The translations under genes and the position numbers were made by a program. Shown in pieces: positions 10,286 to 22,544 of a stretch of 64,000 nt of DNA. Position 1 is the first letter of the stretch; the number at the start of each line of letters is the position of its first letter. This DNA comes from Patescibacteria group bacterium (GTDB lineage: Bacteria > Patescibacteriota > Minisyncoccia > Phycocordibacterales > Phycocordibacteraceae): the NCBI GenBank assembly GCA_018970425.1, contig JAGWWK010000004.1, positions 1,811 through 65,810 of the forward strand, written 5' to 3'. The notes under the pieces were generated by a model. It saw only the letters and a program-made list of their open reading frames with translations. It was not told the origin of the DNA and did not search any database.

Positions 10286-11032
10286 ATGCATATGAATAAA
10301 ATAATTGTTAGTCTTGTTGGGGTAGTAGCCCTCGCTGGAGTAGCTCTGGGTATGTACTATGCTGTTTCAGCAGGAATTTTTTCGCCCGCACCACGAGAAG
10401 AAATAGTCTACGTACTAGAGTCAGTAAAAGACGGTACGTACACGGGAACACTCCCATCGCTCGATCACCGCATCGGTCCCTCAACACTTCCTGAAGAGGC
10501 GCGAGCAGCGTTCGATGCGAAAGCGCGTGAAAACCAACAGCGCCTCGCTCGCGTACCATACGACGGCAATGAGTGGATGAATCTTGCACTTCACTACAAG
10601 TCGGGTAACGATACTAAGGCAGCCGAAGAGGTATGGAATTTTATTGTCGCCGTTACGCCCTCGAATGTGACTGCAATCAATAATCTCGGTCGCCTCTATC
10701 ATTACGACTATAAAGATTTCCCGAAGGCGGAAGAATTTTTCCGACAGGCACTAGCTGCTAATCCCGACCGACCCGAAGCGTACATCGAGCTCTTTGATCT
10801 CTATCGCTACTCGTACAAGAAGGACACGACTGCGGCAGTTGACATCTTGACTGAGGCCGCAGAGCGCTTCAGCGACAGTCCGAACTATCATGCATTGCTT
10901 GGCGTCTACTACCGTGATGCGGGGCGCACAGGACTTGCGCGGATACATTTTGAGAAGGCGCTTTCGATTGCGCGAAAAATCGGGGATCTTAACTCCGTAT
11001 CTACGCTTACGAGTGAGCTCTCGCGCCTCTAG
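10286..11032 (+). CDS. TPR-repeat protein with an N-terminal membrane anchor
   Basis: The N-terminal TM segment reads 'IIVSLVGVVALAGVALGMYYAV'. TPR-like repeats read 'AEEFFRQALAANPDRPEAYIELFDLY' and 'ALLGVYYRDAGRTGLARIHFEKALSIA'. A TATACT -10 element ends 7 nt before the ATG, which suggests a leaderless transcript. Confidence 0.65.
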   Translation: MHMNKIIVSLVGVVALAGVALGMYYAVSAGIFSPAPREEIVYVLESVKDGTYTGTLPSLDHRIGPSTLPEEARAAFDAKARENQQRLARVPYDGNEWMNLALHYKSGNDTKAAEEVWNFIVAVTPSNVTAINNLGRLYHYDYKDFPKAEEFFRQALAANPDRPEAYIELFDLYRYSYKKDTTAAVDILTEAAERFSDSPNYHALLGVYYRDAGRTGLARIHFEKALSIARKIGDLNSVSTLTSELSRL

Positions 11033-11099
11033 CGTATGCCGACGCCCGAGTTTTATAAATTTTTGGCGGTATTTGTTGCGATTATTCTCTTGACGCTTC

Positions 11100-11248
11100 T
11101 TATACTTGTGTTCCTTGAGGGAGGCGTGCTAGGATAGGCGATAGCACGGCTAGAGACAGCAGGGGACAGGTGCAGTGGTTGCTCATGTCTTAATCATCCT
11201 GCCGAGGTCGCACTCGTCCGTGCCATTAGAAACCTTAGGGATATTCCT
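11100..11248 (+). promoter_or_regulatory. Structured 5' leader upstream of rplJ (candidate ribosomal protein L10 leader autoregulatory element)
   Basis: This is about 150 nt of GC-rich, non-coding, stem-forming sequence directly upstream of rplJ. L10(L12)4-binding leaders sit at this position in many bacteria. The family was not confirmed. Confidence 0.3.
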
Positions 11249-11755
11249 ATGGCTATTACCAAACAAAAGAAAGCTGACATTTTGTCGCAACTGGGTTCCG
11301 CGCTTTCAGGCACGGCATCGGGCGTCTTTGTCTCCTTCAAAGGACTCACCGTAGCCGAGGTTACGGAACTGCGTCGCGAGCTCAAAAAGGATGCGGTCAA
11401 GTATCAGGTCGTCAAGAAAACGCTCTTGAAGCGCGTGCTTACCGACAAGAATCTCTCGGGCGACATGCCGAGCCTTGATGGCGAGGTCGCGGTTGCATAC
11501 CTTGCGAGTGGCGATGACCTCTCTGCGCCGGCTCGCGGTCTTCAGACCTTCGTAAAGAAATTTAAAGAGAAACTCGCGTTTCTCGGAGGCTTTGTAAGCG
11601 GGGCGTACTTGTCCCGCGATGAAATGCGCGCGCTTGCAGCAATTCCGCCGGTACCGGTATTGCGCGGCATGTTCGTAAATGTTATTAACTCGCCAATTCA
11701 GCGATTCGCTATCGCGATGAGTGAGGTGGCAAAAACTAAAACTAATTACGTATGA
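11249..11755 (+). CDS. rplJ: 50S ribosomal protein L10
   Basis: The N-terminus '[45 protein letters not shown]' matches the L10 family. The gene precedes rplL in the conserved order. Confidence 0.9.
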   Translation: MAITKQKKADILSQLGSALSGTASGVFVSFKGLTVAEVTELRRELKKDAVKYQVVKKTLLKRVLTDKNLSGDMPSLDGEVAVAYLASGDDLSAPARGLQTFVKKFKEKLAFLGGFVSGAYLSRDEMRALAAIPPVPVLRGMFVNVINSPIQRFAIAMSEVAKTKTNYV

Positions 11756-12114
11756 CTCAAGACGAAATTATTACAGCGGTAGAAAAGATGTCCGTCATGG
11801 AGCTTAACCAGCTCGTGAAGGCGATTGAGGAGAAGTGGGGTGTTTCAGCAACTGCAGTTGCTGCAGCAGGTCCTGCGGTTGCCGCGGATGCAGGTGAGGC
11901 GAAGTCAAGCTTTAACGTGAAGCTTGTGGATGGTGGTGCGCAGAAGATCGCCGTCATTAAGGTAGTGAAGGAAGCGCTCGCTCTTGGTCTCAAAGAAGCG
12001 AAGGACCTTGTTGATGGTGCACCGGCAGTACTTAAGGAAGGAATGAAGAAGGAGGATGCTGACGCCCTGAAAGCTGCTGTTGAGGCAGCAGGAGGAAAGG
12101 TTGAGTTGGTCTAA
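11752..12114 (+). CDS. rplL: 50S ribosomal protein L7/L12
   Basis: The N-terminus reads '[31 protein letters not shown]'. An Ala-rich hinge follows. The C-terminus reads '[33 protein letters not shown]'. Confidence 0.9.
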   Translation: MTQDEIITAVEKMSVMELNQLVKAIEEKWGVSATAVAAAGPAVAADAGEAKSSFNVKLVDGGAQKIAVIKVVKEALALGLKEAKDLVDGAPAVLKEGMKKEDADALKAAVEAAGGKVELV

Positions 12115-12131
12115 TCCCGAGATCGTGTTAC

Positions 12132-12164
12132 AAAATCCCCGAACTGCGGGGATTTTGTTTTTTG
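12132..12164 (+). terminator. Rho-independent terminator of the rplJL operon
   Basis: The sequence 'aaAATCCCCGaactGCGGGGATTttgtttttt' lies immediately after the rplL stop. Confidence 0.75.
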
Positions 12165-12191
12165 CCCGCTCCGCCTGTAGAATGGCGACAC

Positions 12192-12752
12192 ATGTTTCAA
12201 GAGCTTTCGAAATTGTTTGCGACACCGCTCCGCATTAAGCTCGTTAAACTTTTTGCGCTTGAGCGCGGTGCGTACCGAGCCGCAGCAGTGGCATCGCAGC
12301 TTGGTGCGCCACGTGCATCCGTTGCAGCTGAGATTTCTTCACTGCACCGCCTTGGCATTGTGCGTCGCGTACGAACGCCGCAGGGACTCGAGTTTGTATG
12401 GAACTCGGACTACGCACATGCCTTGAGCTTGCAGCAGTTTATTATTGCGGTTACTACGCCTACCGATCAGGTCGTACAGCGCTCATTCAAACCGCTTTCT
12501 CCGTACCTCGTGGTAGTTGCAGGCACGCTTGCGGATGAGACGCGTGGCGCAGTAGACATCCTCATTGTTACCAAGCGCCCGCAGGATCCGCGCATTGGGA
12601 AGGTGGTCAAACGACTTGAGGCGACAACGGCAGTGCCGATCCGGTATGCCGTACTTGAAGTGGGCGAGTACATTGCACGACGCGAAGGTTTTGACCGCAT
12701 GTTGCGCGACATTTTCGACTTCCGCCACCGGGTCATAATTGGTCGGGCGTAA
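12192..12752 (+). CDS. Winged-helix HTH fused to a minimal nucleotidyltransferase-like domain
   Basis: The N-terminus 'RIKLVKLFALERGAYRAAAVASQLGAPRASVAAEISSLHRLGIV' is an ArsR/MarR-like wHTH. The C-terminus 'LVVVAGTLADETRGAVDILIVTK' has the G-x-x-A...D-x-D pattern of a minimal NTase fold. The start is placed at the Met downstream of the rplL terminator. Confidence 0.45.
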   Translation: MFQELSKLFATPLRIKLVKLFALERGAYRAAAVASQLGAPRASVAAEISSLHRLGIVRRVRTPQGLEFVWNSDYAHALSLQQFIIAVTTPTDQVVQRSFKPLSPYLVVVAGTLADETRGAVDILIVTKRPQDPRIGKVVKRLEATTAVPIRYAVLEVGEYIARREGFDRMLRDIFDFRHRVIIGRA

Positions 12753-12849
12753 TCAACAGTCCGTCACGGGCACTATAGGTAGGGTGCTATCCTGACAGAG
12801 GCGGCGTATGCCGCCGCATTACAAAACTTTTAGTACATAGTTCACCCCC

Positions 12850-13539
12850 ATGCTTATTCAAACGTGGTCAACAGTACTCACTATGTCGTTCCAGAATCTC
12901 TGGTACGGTGTCGTTCAGTACTTGCCGAACATCCTGGTTGCCGTCATCATTTTCGTGATCGGCTGGCTCCTCGGATCCGCACTTAATAAAATTATCGTTC
13001 AGGTCGTGAAGAGCATTAAGCTCGACAGCGCACTGAAGAGTACTGGTCTTACGGAGACGGTGGAGCGCGCAGGATACTCACTCAACATCGGTGCCTTCAT
13101 TGGTACCTTGGTGCAGTGGTTTGTTATCATTGCGTTCCTCACAGCGTCGCTGGATGTCCTTGGTCTCTCACAAGTCAACGCGTTCCTCCAGTCGACGGTA
13201 CTTATGTACCTTCCGCAGGTGATCGTCGCAGTGCTCTTCATTGTGGTCGGTGCCGTGCTTGCTGATGTTGCGCAGCGCGTCATCACTGGTGCCGCACGAG
13301 CCGCTGACATCCGCTCTGCTGGATTTGCGGGCACAGTCGCAAAGTGGGCAATCCTCGTGTTTGCAATCCTTGCGGCGCTCGATCAACTCCAGGTTGCGCA
13401 AGCATTTGTGCAGACCTTGTTTACGGGTATTGTCGTATCGGTCTCCCTTGCCCTAGGTCTTGCCTTCGGCCTCGGCGGACAAGATGCCGCAGCTCGCTAC
13501 ATCGAGAAGTTGCGTGGCGACATTAGTCCAAAAAAGTAA
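12850..13539 (+). CDS. Membrane protein with conserved TM-helix repeats (MscS-related N-terminal module-like)
   Basis: Hydrophobic helices alternate with short polar linkers, for example 'LPNILVAVIIFVIGWLLGSALNKIIVQVV' and 'VIVAVLFIVVGAVLADVAQRVITG'. This resembles the TM_helix repeat family. No MscS beta domain is present. Confidence 0.5.
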   Translation: MLIQTWSTVLTMSFQNLWYGVVQYLPNILVAVIIFVIGWLLGSALNKIIVQVVKSIKLDSALKSTGLTETVERAGYSLNIGAFIGTLVQWFVIIAFLTASLDVLGLSQVNAFLQSTVLMYLPQVIVAVLFIVVGAVLADVAQRVITGAARAADIRSAGFAGTVAKWAILVFAILAALDQLQVAQAFVQTLFTGIVVSVSLALGLAFGLGGQDAAARYIEKLRGDISPKK

Positions 13540-13550
13540 GCGAATAGACA

Positions 13551-13578
13551 AAAACCCCGCCATTTGGCGGGGTTTTTT
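13551..13578 (+). terminator. Rho-independent terminator
   Basis: The sequence 'aaaaACCCCGCCatttGGCGGGGTtttttt' lies 10 nt after the stop codon. Confidence 0.75.
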
Positions 13579-13640
13579 ACTGTGTACAACCCGGTGGATA
13601 AGGCCGTGTATAAGCACTACCTCTCTCCGGCGGGGTCTGC

Positions 13641-13669
13641 TTGACACCCTAGGAGCCTGGGAGTATACT
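13641..13669 (+). promoter_or_regulatory. Sigma-70-type promoter (TTGACA-17 nt-TATACT) upstream of the 23S-5S rRNA locus
   Basis: The sequence 'cTTGACAccctaggagcctgggagTATACTcg' has a perfect -35, a 17-nt spacer and a near-consensus -10. The same 'gagtatactcg' -10 context recurs upstream of the 16S gene. Confidence 0.6.
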
Positions 13670-13740
13670 CGTTTTAGTTTATGAAGGTAGTAAGAGGCAC
13701 CCTGCGGTCAATGGCGTAACCTCTGTTGTGGGTCACGTCA

Positions 13741-13766
13741 GGCCGCTCGGAAGCGGCCTTTTTTCT
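13741..13766 (+). terminator. Terminator-like hairpin with T-run inside the 23S leader (candidate attenuator, or the 3' end of a ~90-nt leader RNA)
   Basis: The sequence 'GGCCGCTcggaAGCGGCCtttttt' lies about 100 nt downstream of the promoter and about 100 nt upstream of the mature 23S 5' end. Confidence 0.45.
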
Positions 13767-13868
13767 TCCTCATAAACTGTTCATTGACAACTTGCATCGC
13801 ACACAACAAAAAACACTGAGCAAGTGTTAAGTTAATGACACTTGAATCGTTAATTGTGGTTTTCAGAC

Positions 13869-17130
<3,262 letters not shown>

Positions 17131-17186
17131 TGTGAAAATCATAGACGATACCAGTGTGTTTGTGCGGTGCAAGTAGTGAGAGCTCT

Positions 17187-17296
17187 GTTCTGGTGATTTG
17201 ACGCCGTGGTCACACCCGATCCCATTCCGAACTCGGCAGTTAAGCGCGGTAGTGGCGATGATACTCGAAAGGGGAAAGTAGCCAGTCGCCAGAACA
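17187..17296 (+). rRNA. rrf: 5S ribosomal RNA
   Basis: The 5S core reads 'tctggtgatttgacgccgtggtcacacccgatcccattccgaactcggcagttaagcgcggtagtggcgatg...gtcgccaga'. A terminal helix forms with the 5' end. It lies 57 nt after the 23S. Confidence 0.8.
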
Positions 17297-17318
17297 GAGC
17301 TCTCACCATGACGAACAC

Positions 17319-17342
17319 AGCCGCCGTAAGGCGGCTTTTTTC
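17319..17342 (+). terminator. Rho-independent terminator of the 23S-5S transcript
   Basis: The sequence 'cAGCCGCCgtaaGGCGGCTtttttt'. Confidence 0.75.
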
Positions 17343-17377
17343 GTGCGTACTGTGGGCCTGCTTGCTACACTGGCTGT

Positions 17378-18130
17378 ATGCAGTGGGCACAGCGCAGAAA
17401 GGTATTCATAGCTCTCAGTATTGCCGCGTCAGGAGCACTCGTCTGCGGAGCTCTTTGGTTTGGTCTCTTCTACCGCGCGCCATCATGTACAGATGGTGTA
17501 CAAAACAATGACGAACGGGGCGTTGACTGCGGTGGATCCTGTGCGCGGCTCTGCGCCGTGCCTCGGGTCGATCCGCTTTGGGCACGGGCTGTGCGCGTCG
17601 CGGACGGCGTGTATCACGGTGTCGCACTCATCAGAAATCCTGAGCAAGGTGCGAGCGGAACAGATATTGAGTACCGGTACTCTTTGTACGACGCTCAGGG
17701 AATTCTCGTAGCGGAGCGCCGTGGTGCACTAACACTGCAACCGAACGAGGTCCGCGTGTTGTTCGAGTCGAGTATCATTACGGGTTCTCAGCGCCCTGTG
17801 CGCGCGGTCGTGAGTCTGAATGGGGGAGAATGGGAGCGCGGTACGCGAGACGCATCTACTGTTTCAGTCATTCCCGGCGTTCTTGATAGCGGAGCGCGTA
17901 CGCTCACCGCGACTCTTGTAAATGACACGCCTCTCGATGTGCGCAATGTGGTTGCGAATGCGCTCCTCTTTGATAGTGACGGGATTCTGGTCACGGCCTC
18001 CGAGACGCGTGTGCCTCTTCTAAGGGCTCGCTCGCGCACAGAAGTTGTATTTACCTGGATAGAACCATTCGCACGTCCTATTGGTACGACGGACGTTTTG
18101 GTGCGGGAAGATGATGCGCGTCGGAATTGA
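17378..18130 (+). CDS. Hypothetical membrane-anchored, Cys-containing extracytoplasmic protein
   Basis: The N-terminal TM segment reads 'VFIALSIAASGALVCGALWFGLFY'. A 'CTDGVQNNDERGVDCGGSCARLC' motif follows. No family assigned. Confidence 0.45.
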   Translation: MQWAQRRKVFIALSIAASGALVCGALWFGLFYRAPSCTDGVQNNDERGVDCGGSCARLCAVPRVDPLWARAVRVADGVYHGVALIRNPEQGASGTDIEYRYSLYDAQGILVAERRGALTLQPNEVRVLFESSIITGSQRPVRAVVSLNGGEWERGTRDASTVSVIPGVLDSGARTLTATLVNDTPLDVRNVVANALLFDSDGILVTASETRVPLLRARSRTEVVFTWIEPFARPIGTTDVLVREDDARRN

Positions 18131-19223
18131 TTGGGTGCTCCTCGGCGCTGCGCTCGCGATTGCGGCTGCGGGGCTTGTATCTATGGCCGGATTTTCTGGT
18201 GACACAGGATTTGCTGAGCGGCAGCTTATTTGGGTTGGGTTGGGGCTTTGTGTGTACTTCACCCTAGCCTCTTTTGATTTACGCTTTTTGCGACGCACGT
18301 CGGTTGTCGTTGCTGTATATGCTATTGCCGTTTGTATGCTCGCACTTCTTTTTATTTTTGGTTCAGTTTTTTCCGGAGCACAAGGGTGGTTTAATTTAGG
18401 TTTTTTTGCATTGCAGCCGGCCGATCCCGCAAAGTTCGCCTTGATTCTCGTCTTAGCTAAGTATTTTTCGCGGCGGCACGTAGAGATAGCTCGTTTTCGT
18501 CATATAGCGATTTCTGGTGCGTATGCCGGTATCATTTTTTTACTGCTCTTTTTTCAACCGGATTTCGGTTCCGCTGCAATTATTGGCGCAGTCTGGTTGG
18601 GTGTTGTACTGATTGCCGGTATACCGTTGAGGTACGTAGCGGGACTTGTTGGTGCCGGTGCAGTCGCGCTCCTTTTGTTGTGGAACTTTGGATTCGCCGA
18701 GTATCAAAAAGCACGAATCCTCTCCTTTATAAATCCACTTGGCGATATACACGGATCGGGCTACAACGCGTTTCAATCGACCGTTGCGATTGGCTCTGGG
18801 GGCCTTCTCGGTCAAGGGGTTGGTTACGGAACGCAGTCACGCCTAGAGTTTTTGCCGCAGCACGAGACTGACTTTATATTTGCTTCTTTTGCGGAAGAAT
18901 GGGGTTTTCTAGGGGTGTGCTTGCTTATTGCGATCTTTGGTGTGCTGATAGCACGAATCGTCTCGCACGCTCAGCGCGGAGAGACTAATTTTGAATCGTT
19001 ATTTTCGCTCGGTGTTGCAGTCATTTTTCTCGTGCATGCAACCGTGCACACAGGCACGAACGTAGGGCTTTTGCCGGTGACAGGCACCACACTTCCGTTT
19101 ATGAGCTATGGCGGCTCGCATATTCTCGTAGAGTTCGGCATGCTTGGCATGGTCAATGCCATGAGTAGATACGGCAGGGCAGTACGCCCGCAGAATGCCA
19201 CGGAGGTGGTCGGTCTGACTTAA
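18111..19223 (+). CDS. SEDS-family peptidoglycan glycosyltransferase (FtsW/RodA)
   Basis: A polytopic membrane protein with SEDS hallmarks, for example 'NPLGDIHGSGYNAFQSTVAIGSGGLLGQG', 'HETDFIFASFAEEWGFLG' and 'LPVTGTTLPFMSYGGS'. Confidence 0.85.
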   Translation: MMRVGIDWVLLGAALAIAAAGLVSMAGFSGDTGFAERQLIWVGLGLCVYFTLASFDLRFLRRTSVVVAVYAIAVCMLALLFIFGSVFSGAQGWFNLGFFALQPADPAKFALILVLAKYFSRRHVEIARFRHIAISGAYAGIIFLLLFFQPDFGSAAIIGAVWLGVVLIAGIPLRYVAGLVGAGAVALLLLWNFGFAEYQKARILSFINPLGDIHGSGYNAFQSTVAIGSGGLLGQGVGYGTQSRLEFLPQHETDFIFASFAEEWGFLGVCLLIAIFGVLIARIVSHAQRGETNFESLFSLGVAVIFLVHATVHTGTNVGLLPVTGTTLPFMSYGGSHILVEFGMLGMVNAMSRYGRAVRPQNATEVVGLT

Positions 19224-20332
19224 CCCTCGTAGACTTCTGATGTTTCTCGAATCATACGGTCGAGTGTAAAGTCTCGTTGTATTCGCTCGCGTAATGCCTC
19301 TGCGTATCGTACACGCGTATTGGGTAGTGTAAGAAACTCTGTCATAGATTCCGCGAGAGCTAGGTCATTAAATGCGTGCACGAGGTCTCCAGAAACTTGG
19401 TCGGTAATAATTTCGGGCACACCTCCCACTGCGGTAGCAATCACTGGAACACCAGCAAGTCCCGCCTCAAGAACGACATACGGTAATCCTTCTTTTCTCG
19501 AAGGAAGAATGTATGTGTCAAACGCGGGAATGAGGCGTGAAGCATTCTCAATAAATCCAACAAGATGCACACGGTCCCCGAGGGACAACTCACTAATTTT
19601 TTCGATAAGGCGTTCGCGCTCCTCACCGTCACCAATAATTACGATATGTGCTCCATCCACCAAGAACGCGGCTTCAATCAAAATATCGAGACCTTTATTG
19701 GTGTGGTGCTCAGCAATAGCGCCGAACACAAATGTATCAGGAGGAATCTGGGCCCTCTCTGAGAGTACTGCTCGGGCCTCGTCACGAGAGAGAAATTGTT
19801 GTGGTGCTATGCCATTGTGGATCGTTATGGTCCGTGACTTCAGGGGGGCTAGTAATGCATCGAAGTGGGAGACTGCGATCGTTTGATGCACGAGTGTCTG
19901 GGTTAAAAAAGACATGAGGAGGCGGAAGAGTCGTACGGAGCGCGTAACGGGCTCGTTAAATGCCCAACCATGCACTGTGTAGATTATGCGCGGAACATGC
20001 GCGAGTCGCGCTGCTAGTGCGCCGACGCCGCCTGCTTTTGCTGAATTGAGGTGTATGATGTCTGGCCGCTCGGCGCGAAAAAGTCGCATGAGCTCAATGC
20101 ACGCTTTGACATCACCGCCAAACTCAACGTCACGCTCGAGGGTTGGTATGTGAATGGTGCGGATGCCGAGCGCTCGCGCTTCTCTGAAGAGGCGTCCGTC
20201 AGTTCCTGCGACGATGGTTATCGCGTATGTGGACGCGAGCGAGCGAGCGAGGTCAAACACATATCTCTGGGCGCCACCCCAGGTGCCTTTTGTAATAACT
20301 AAAAAAAGCTTTTTTTTCGCGCGTGGAAGCAT
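19220..20332 (-). CDS. Glycosyltransferase family 1 (GT4-type)
   Basis: The C-terminal GT1 domain reads 'VGFIENASRLIPAFDTYILPSRKEGLPYVVLEAGLAGVPVIATAVGGVPE'. Confidence 0.8.
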   Translation of the reverse strand: MLPRAKKKLFLVITKGTWGGAQRYVFDLARSLASTYAITIVAGTDGRLFREARALGIRTIHIPTLERDVEFGGDVKACIELMRLFRAERPDIIHLNSAKAGGVGALAARLAHVPRIIYTVHGWAFNEPVTRSVRLFRLLMSFLTQTLVHQTIAVSHFDALLAPLKSRTITIHNGIAPQQFLSRDEARAVLSERAQIPPDTFVFGAIAEHHTNKGLDILIEAAFLVDGAHIVIIGDGEERERLIEKISELSLGDRVHLVGFIENASRLIPAFDTYILPSRKEGLPYVVLEAGLAGVPVIATAVGGVPEIITDQVSGDLVHAFNDLALAESMTEFLTLPNTRVRYAEALRERIQRDFTLDRMIRETSEVYEG

Positions 20333-20386
20333 TTAGTGCTTATTTTGTACCATAAAATCGAGTTCTATGCTACAGTGTCCGCATCG

Positions 20387-21721
20387 ATGCTAGAGCGGCA
20401 TACCCGTGATTTGAGTATTTTATTTCTCGGCGATATTGCGATTGCCGCGCTCTCACTCTGGCTCGCGCTGTACGTGCGTCGATTTGAAATACCGACACTG
20501 GCTTCTTATGCGGAGCACCTTGCTGTGTTTGGAATCCTTATACTTCTATCGTGTGTTGTGTTTGTAGCAGTTGGACTCTATGACCGGACTGTCGCTTTGT
20601 TTGAGCGTTCGCTTCCCGTAACGGTCTTTGAAGCGCAATCCGTAAACGCCGTGCTTGCCGTTCTTTTTTTCTTTTTTGCCCCTGTCGCGATTCAACCTAA
20701 AACAATACTCGTCTTGTACTTTGTCATCTCGACGCTTCTTATAATAGTGTGGCGCCTCGGGATCTTCCGAATCCGAACGCTGACGCGCCCTACGATGCCA
20801 GCTGTAATCGTTGGTCGCGGAGATGAGATAGATGCTATTGCGGCGGCGCTCTCTGAACCGCCATTCGTGCAGCTCTCCTGCGGAGCACGAATCGATGTAG
20901 ACAAAGAAGATGCGTTCCTAGTGCGTCATGTTCTTGATACGGCAAGGACTGTCCGTGCGCTCTACGTCGTTGCGGATGAGCAATTTTCAGCACGTATTCG
21001 ACCTGAATTACCGCGCGAGATGCGCATCATTGACGCTGCGGCTTTGTTTGAAGAGCGTACGTCACGCGCTCCGCTTTCTCTCATCGACGCTGAAACGTTT
21101 CGTGCCGCATCGCACTCGCGCGCGAATGTTCTCTATGATGCACTGAAGCGTGCTATGGACATTGGCGCTGCGGTCATTCTCGGTAGCGTATCGCTTCTGG
21201 TATATCCGGTTGTGTGGCTCGCGGTATATCTTGAAGATCGAGGGCCGCTGTTTGTACGGCAGGAGCGTGTCGGCCAGGGCGGTGTAGTGTTTCCAATGTA
21301 CAAGTTTCGTTCAATGACCGGTAACGATAGCGGTGCGTACGGGGAGTCCGGAAAGACACAGCTCCGTGTCACTCGCGTTGGGGCATTTCTCAGAAAATCG
21401 CGCATTGATGAATTGCCCCAGCTTTGGTCGGTGCTCCTGGGATACCAGTCGCTCATAGGTCCGCGCCCAGAGCTGCCACCGCTTGTTGCGGAATATCGAA
21501 CACGCATTCCGCTCTATGATTTGCGCCACTTAGTAAAGCCCGGACTCTCTGGGTGGGCGCAAGTGTATCACCAAGCACACCCACACCATGGCGCAGACGT
21601 AGAAGAGACTGAGCGCAAACTTTCATACGACCTCTACTACGTAAAGCACCGCTCACTCTTTCTTGATCTCGATATTGCACTGAAGACTATTAAGACACTC
21701 GCACTTCGCGTAGGAGCGTAA
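20387..21721 (+). CDS. Polyprenyl-phosphate glycosyl-1-phosphate (priming) sugar transferase, WbaP/EpsL-like
   Basis: N-terminal TM helices are followed by the C-terminal bacterial sugar transferase domain 'DIGAAVILGSVSLLVYPVVWLAVYLEDRGPLFVRQERVGQGGVVFPMYKFRSM...RIDELPQLWSVLLGYQSLIGPRP'. The start is uncertain. The frame is open from 20336, but that would put it 3 nt from the divergent GT1 start. Confidence 0.8.
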   Translation: MLERHTRDLSILFLGDIAIAALSLWLALYVRRFEIPTLASYAEHLAVFGILILLSCVVFVAVGLYDRTVALFERSLPVTVFEAQSVNAVLAVLFFFFAPVAIQPKTILVLYFVISTLLIIVWRLGIFRIRTLTRPTMPAVIVGRGDEIDAIAAALSEPPFVQLSCGARIDVDKEDAFLVRHVLDTARTVRALYVVADEQFSARIRPELPREMRIIDAAALFEERTSRAPLSLIDAETFRAASHSRANVLYDALKRAMDIGAAVILGSVSLLVYPVVWLAVYLEDRGPLFVRQERVGQGGVVFPMYKFRSMTGNDSGAYGESGKTQLRVTRVGAFLRKSRIDELPQLWSVLLGYQSLIGPRPELPPLVAEYRTRIPLYDLRHLVKPGLSGWAQVYHQAHPHHGADVEETERKLSYDLYYVKHRSLFLDLDIALKTIKTLALRVGA

Positions 21722-21723
21722 CT

Positions 21724-22506
21724 ATGCTGATTCACGGACATTCCATTGCGGAGTCACGACTACATGAGTTGCAGCTCGAGCGATCTAAACTTGGGCCGTT
21801 GACTCTTTCAATTGTAGTGATGCAGGAAGACGCAGTAACGAATTCGTTCTTAAAGATTAAGCGACGAGTTGCAGAACGTCTTGGGGTCGCGGTGGTGTAC
21901 GTTCCGACACTTGCTGAGGCGGTAGGGGATGGAGTGATACTCCAGCTACCGCTCCCACTGGGCGTTGATCAAGATGTGGAGCGAAACAAGATTCCGTTCA
22001 TGAAGGATGTAGATGGTTTGTCTGACGCAGCATTCGAGGCGTTTTGTCGGGGCGAGTTTCCTCCACCGCCGGTCGCGCGTGCTCTAGACGATATCTTGAA
22101 GCTGTATGATATATCATACAAAGACAAACAGGTGGTGGTGGTTGGTAAGGGAAGATTGGTGGGCGCACCTGCGGCGGAACTTTTTAGGCAGCGCGGTGCT
22201 CATGTCACCGTGCTTGAACGGGGAGCTCCGCTCGACGTGGTGCGCGAGGCAGACATACTTGTCTTGGGCGCGGGCTCTCCGGGGCTTATTACGCCCGAGC
22301 TCATACACCCCGGCGTCGTGATACTCGACGCCGGTACTTCAGAGTCTGCAGGCAAGGTGGTAGGGGACGCTGACCCTCGATGCGCTGAGCGAGCCTCTCT
22401 TATGACGGCGGTCCCGGGTGGCGTTGGTCCCATCGCCGTCGTCGAGATTTTTGCAAACCTCTTTGAGCTCGTTCGCAGGGGTCATACTGTCAGTGCTAGG
22501 ACCTGA
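21724..22506 (+). CDS. folD: Bifunctional methylenetetrahydrofolate dehydrogenase/cyclohydrolase
   Basis: The Rossmann fold reads 'VVVVGKGRLVGAPAAELFRQRGAHVTVLER'. The C-terminus reads 'TAVPGGVGPIAVVEIFANL', which matches the FolD 'GGVGPMT' region. Confidence 0.8.
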   Translation: MLIHGHSIAESRLHELQLERSKLGPLTLSIVVMQEDAVTNSFLKIKRRVAERLGVAVVYVPTLAEAVGDGVILQLPLPLGVDQDVERNKIPFMKDVDGLSDAAFEAFCRGEFPPPPVARALDDILKLYDISYKDKQVVVVGKGRLVGAPAAELFRQRGAHVTVLERGAPLDVVREADILVLGAGSPGLITPELIHPGVVILDAGTSESAGKVVGDADPRCAERASLMTAVPGGVGPIAVVEIFANLFELVRRGHTVSART

Positions 22507-22544
22507 TTGCGCAAACGAAAAAGTCGCGTCATACTGCCCCCTGT

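Noticed and set aside
13784-13815. A second TTGACA hexamer after the leader hairpin as a tandem P2 rRNA promoter
   Set aside because: No acceptable -10 hexamer sits at 16-19 nt spacing (only CAAAAA/AAAAAA). It is therefore not called as a promoter.
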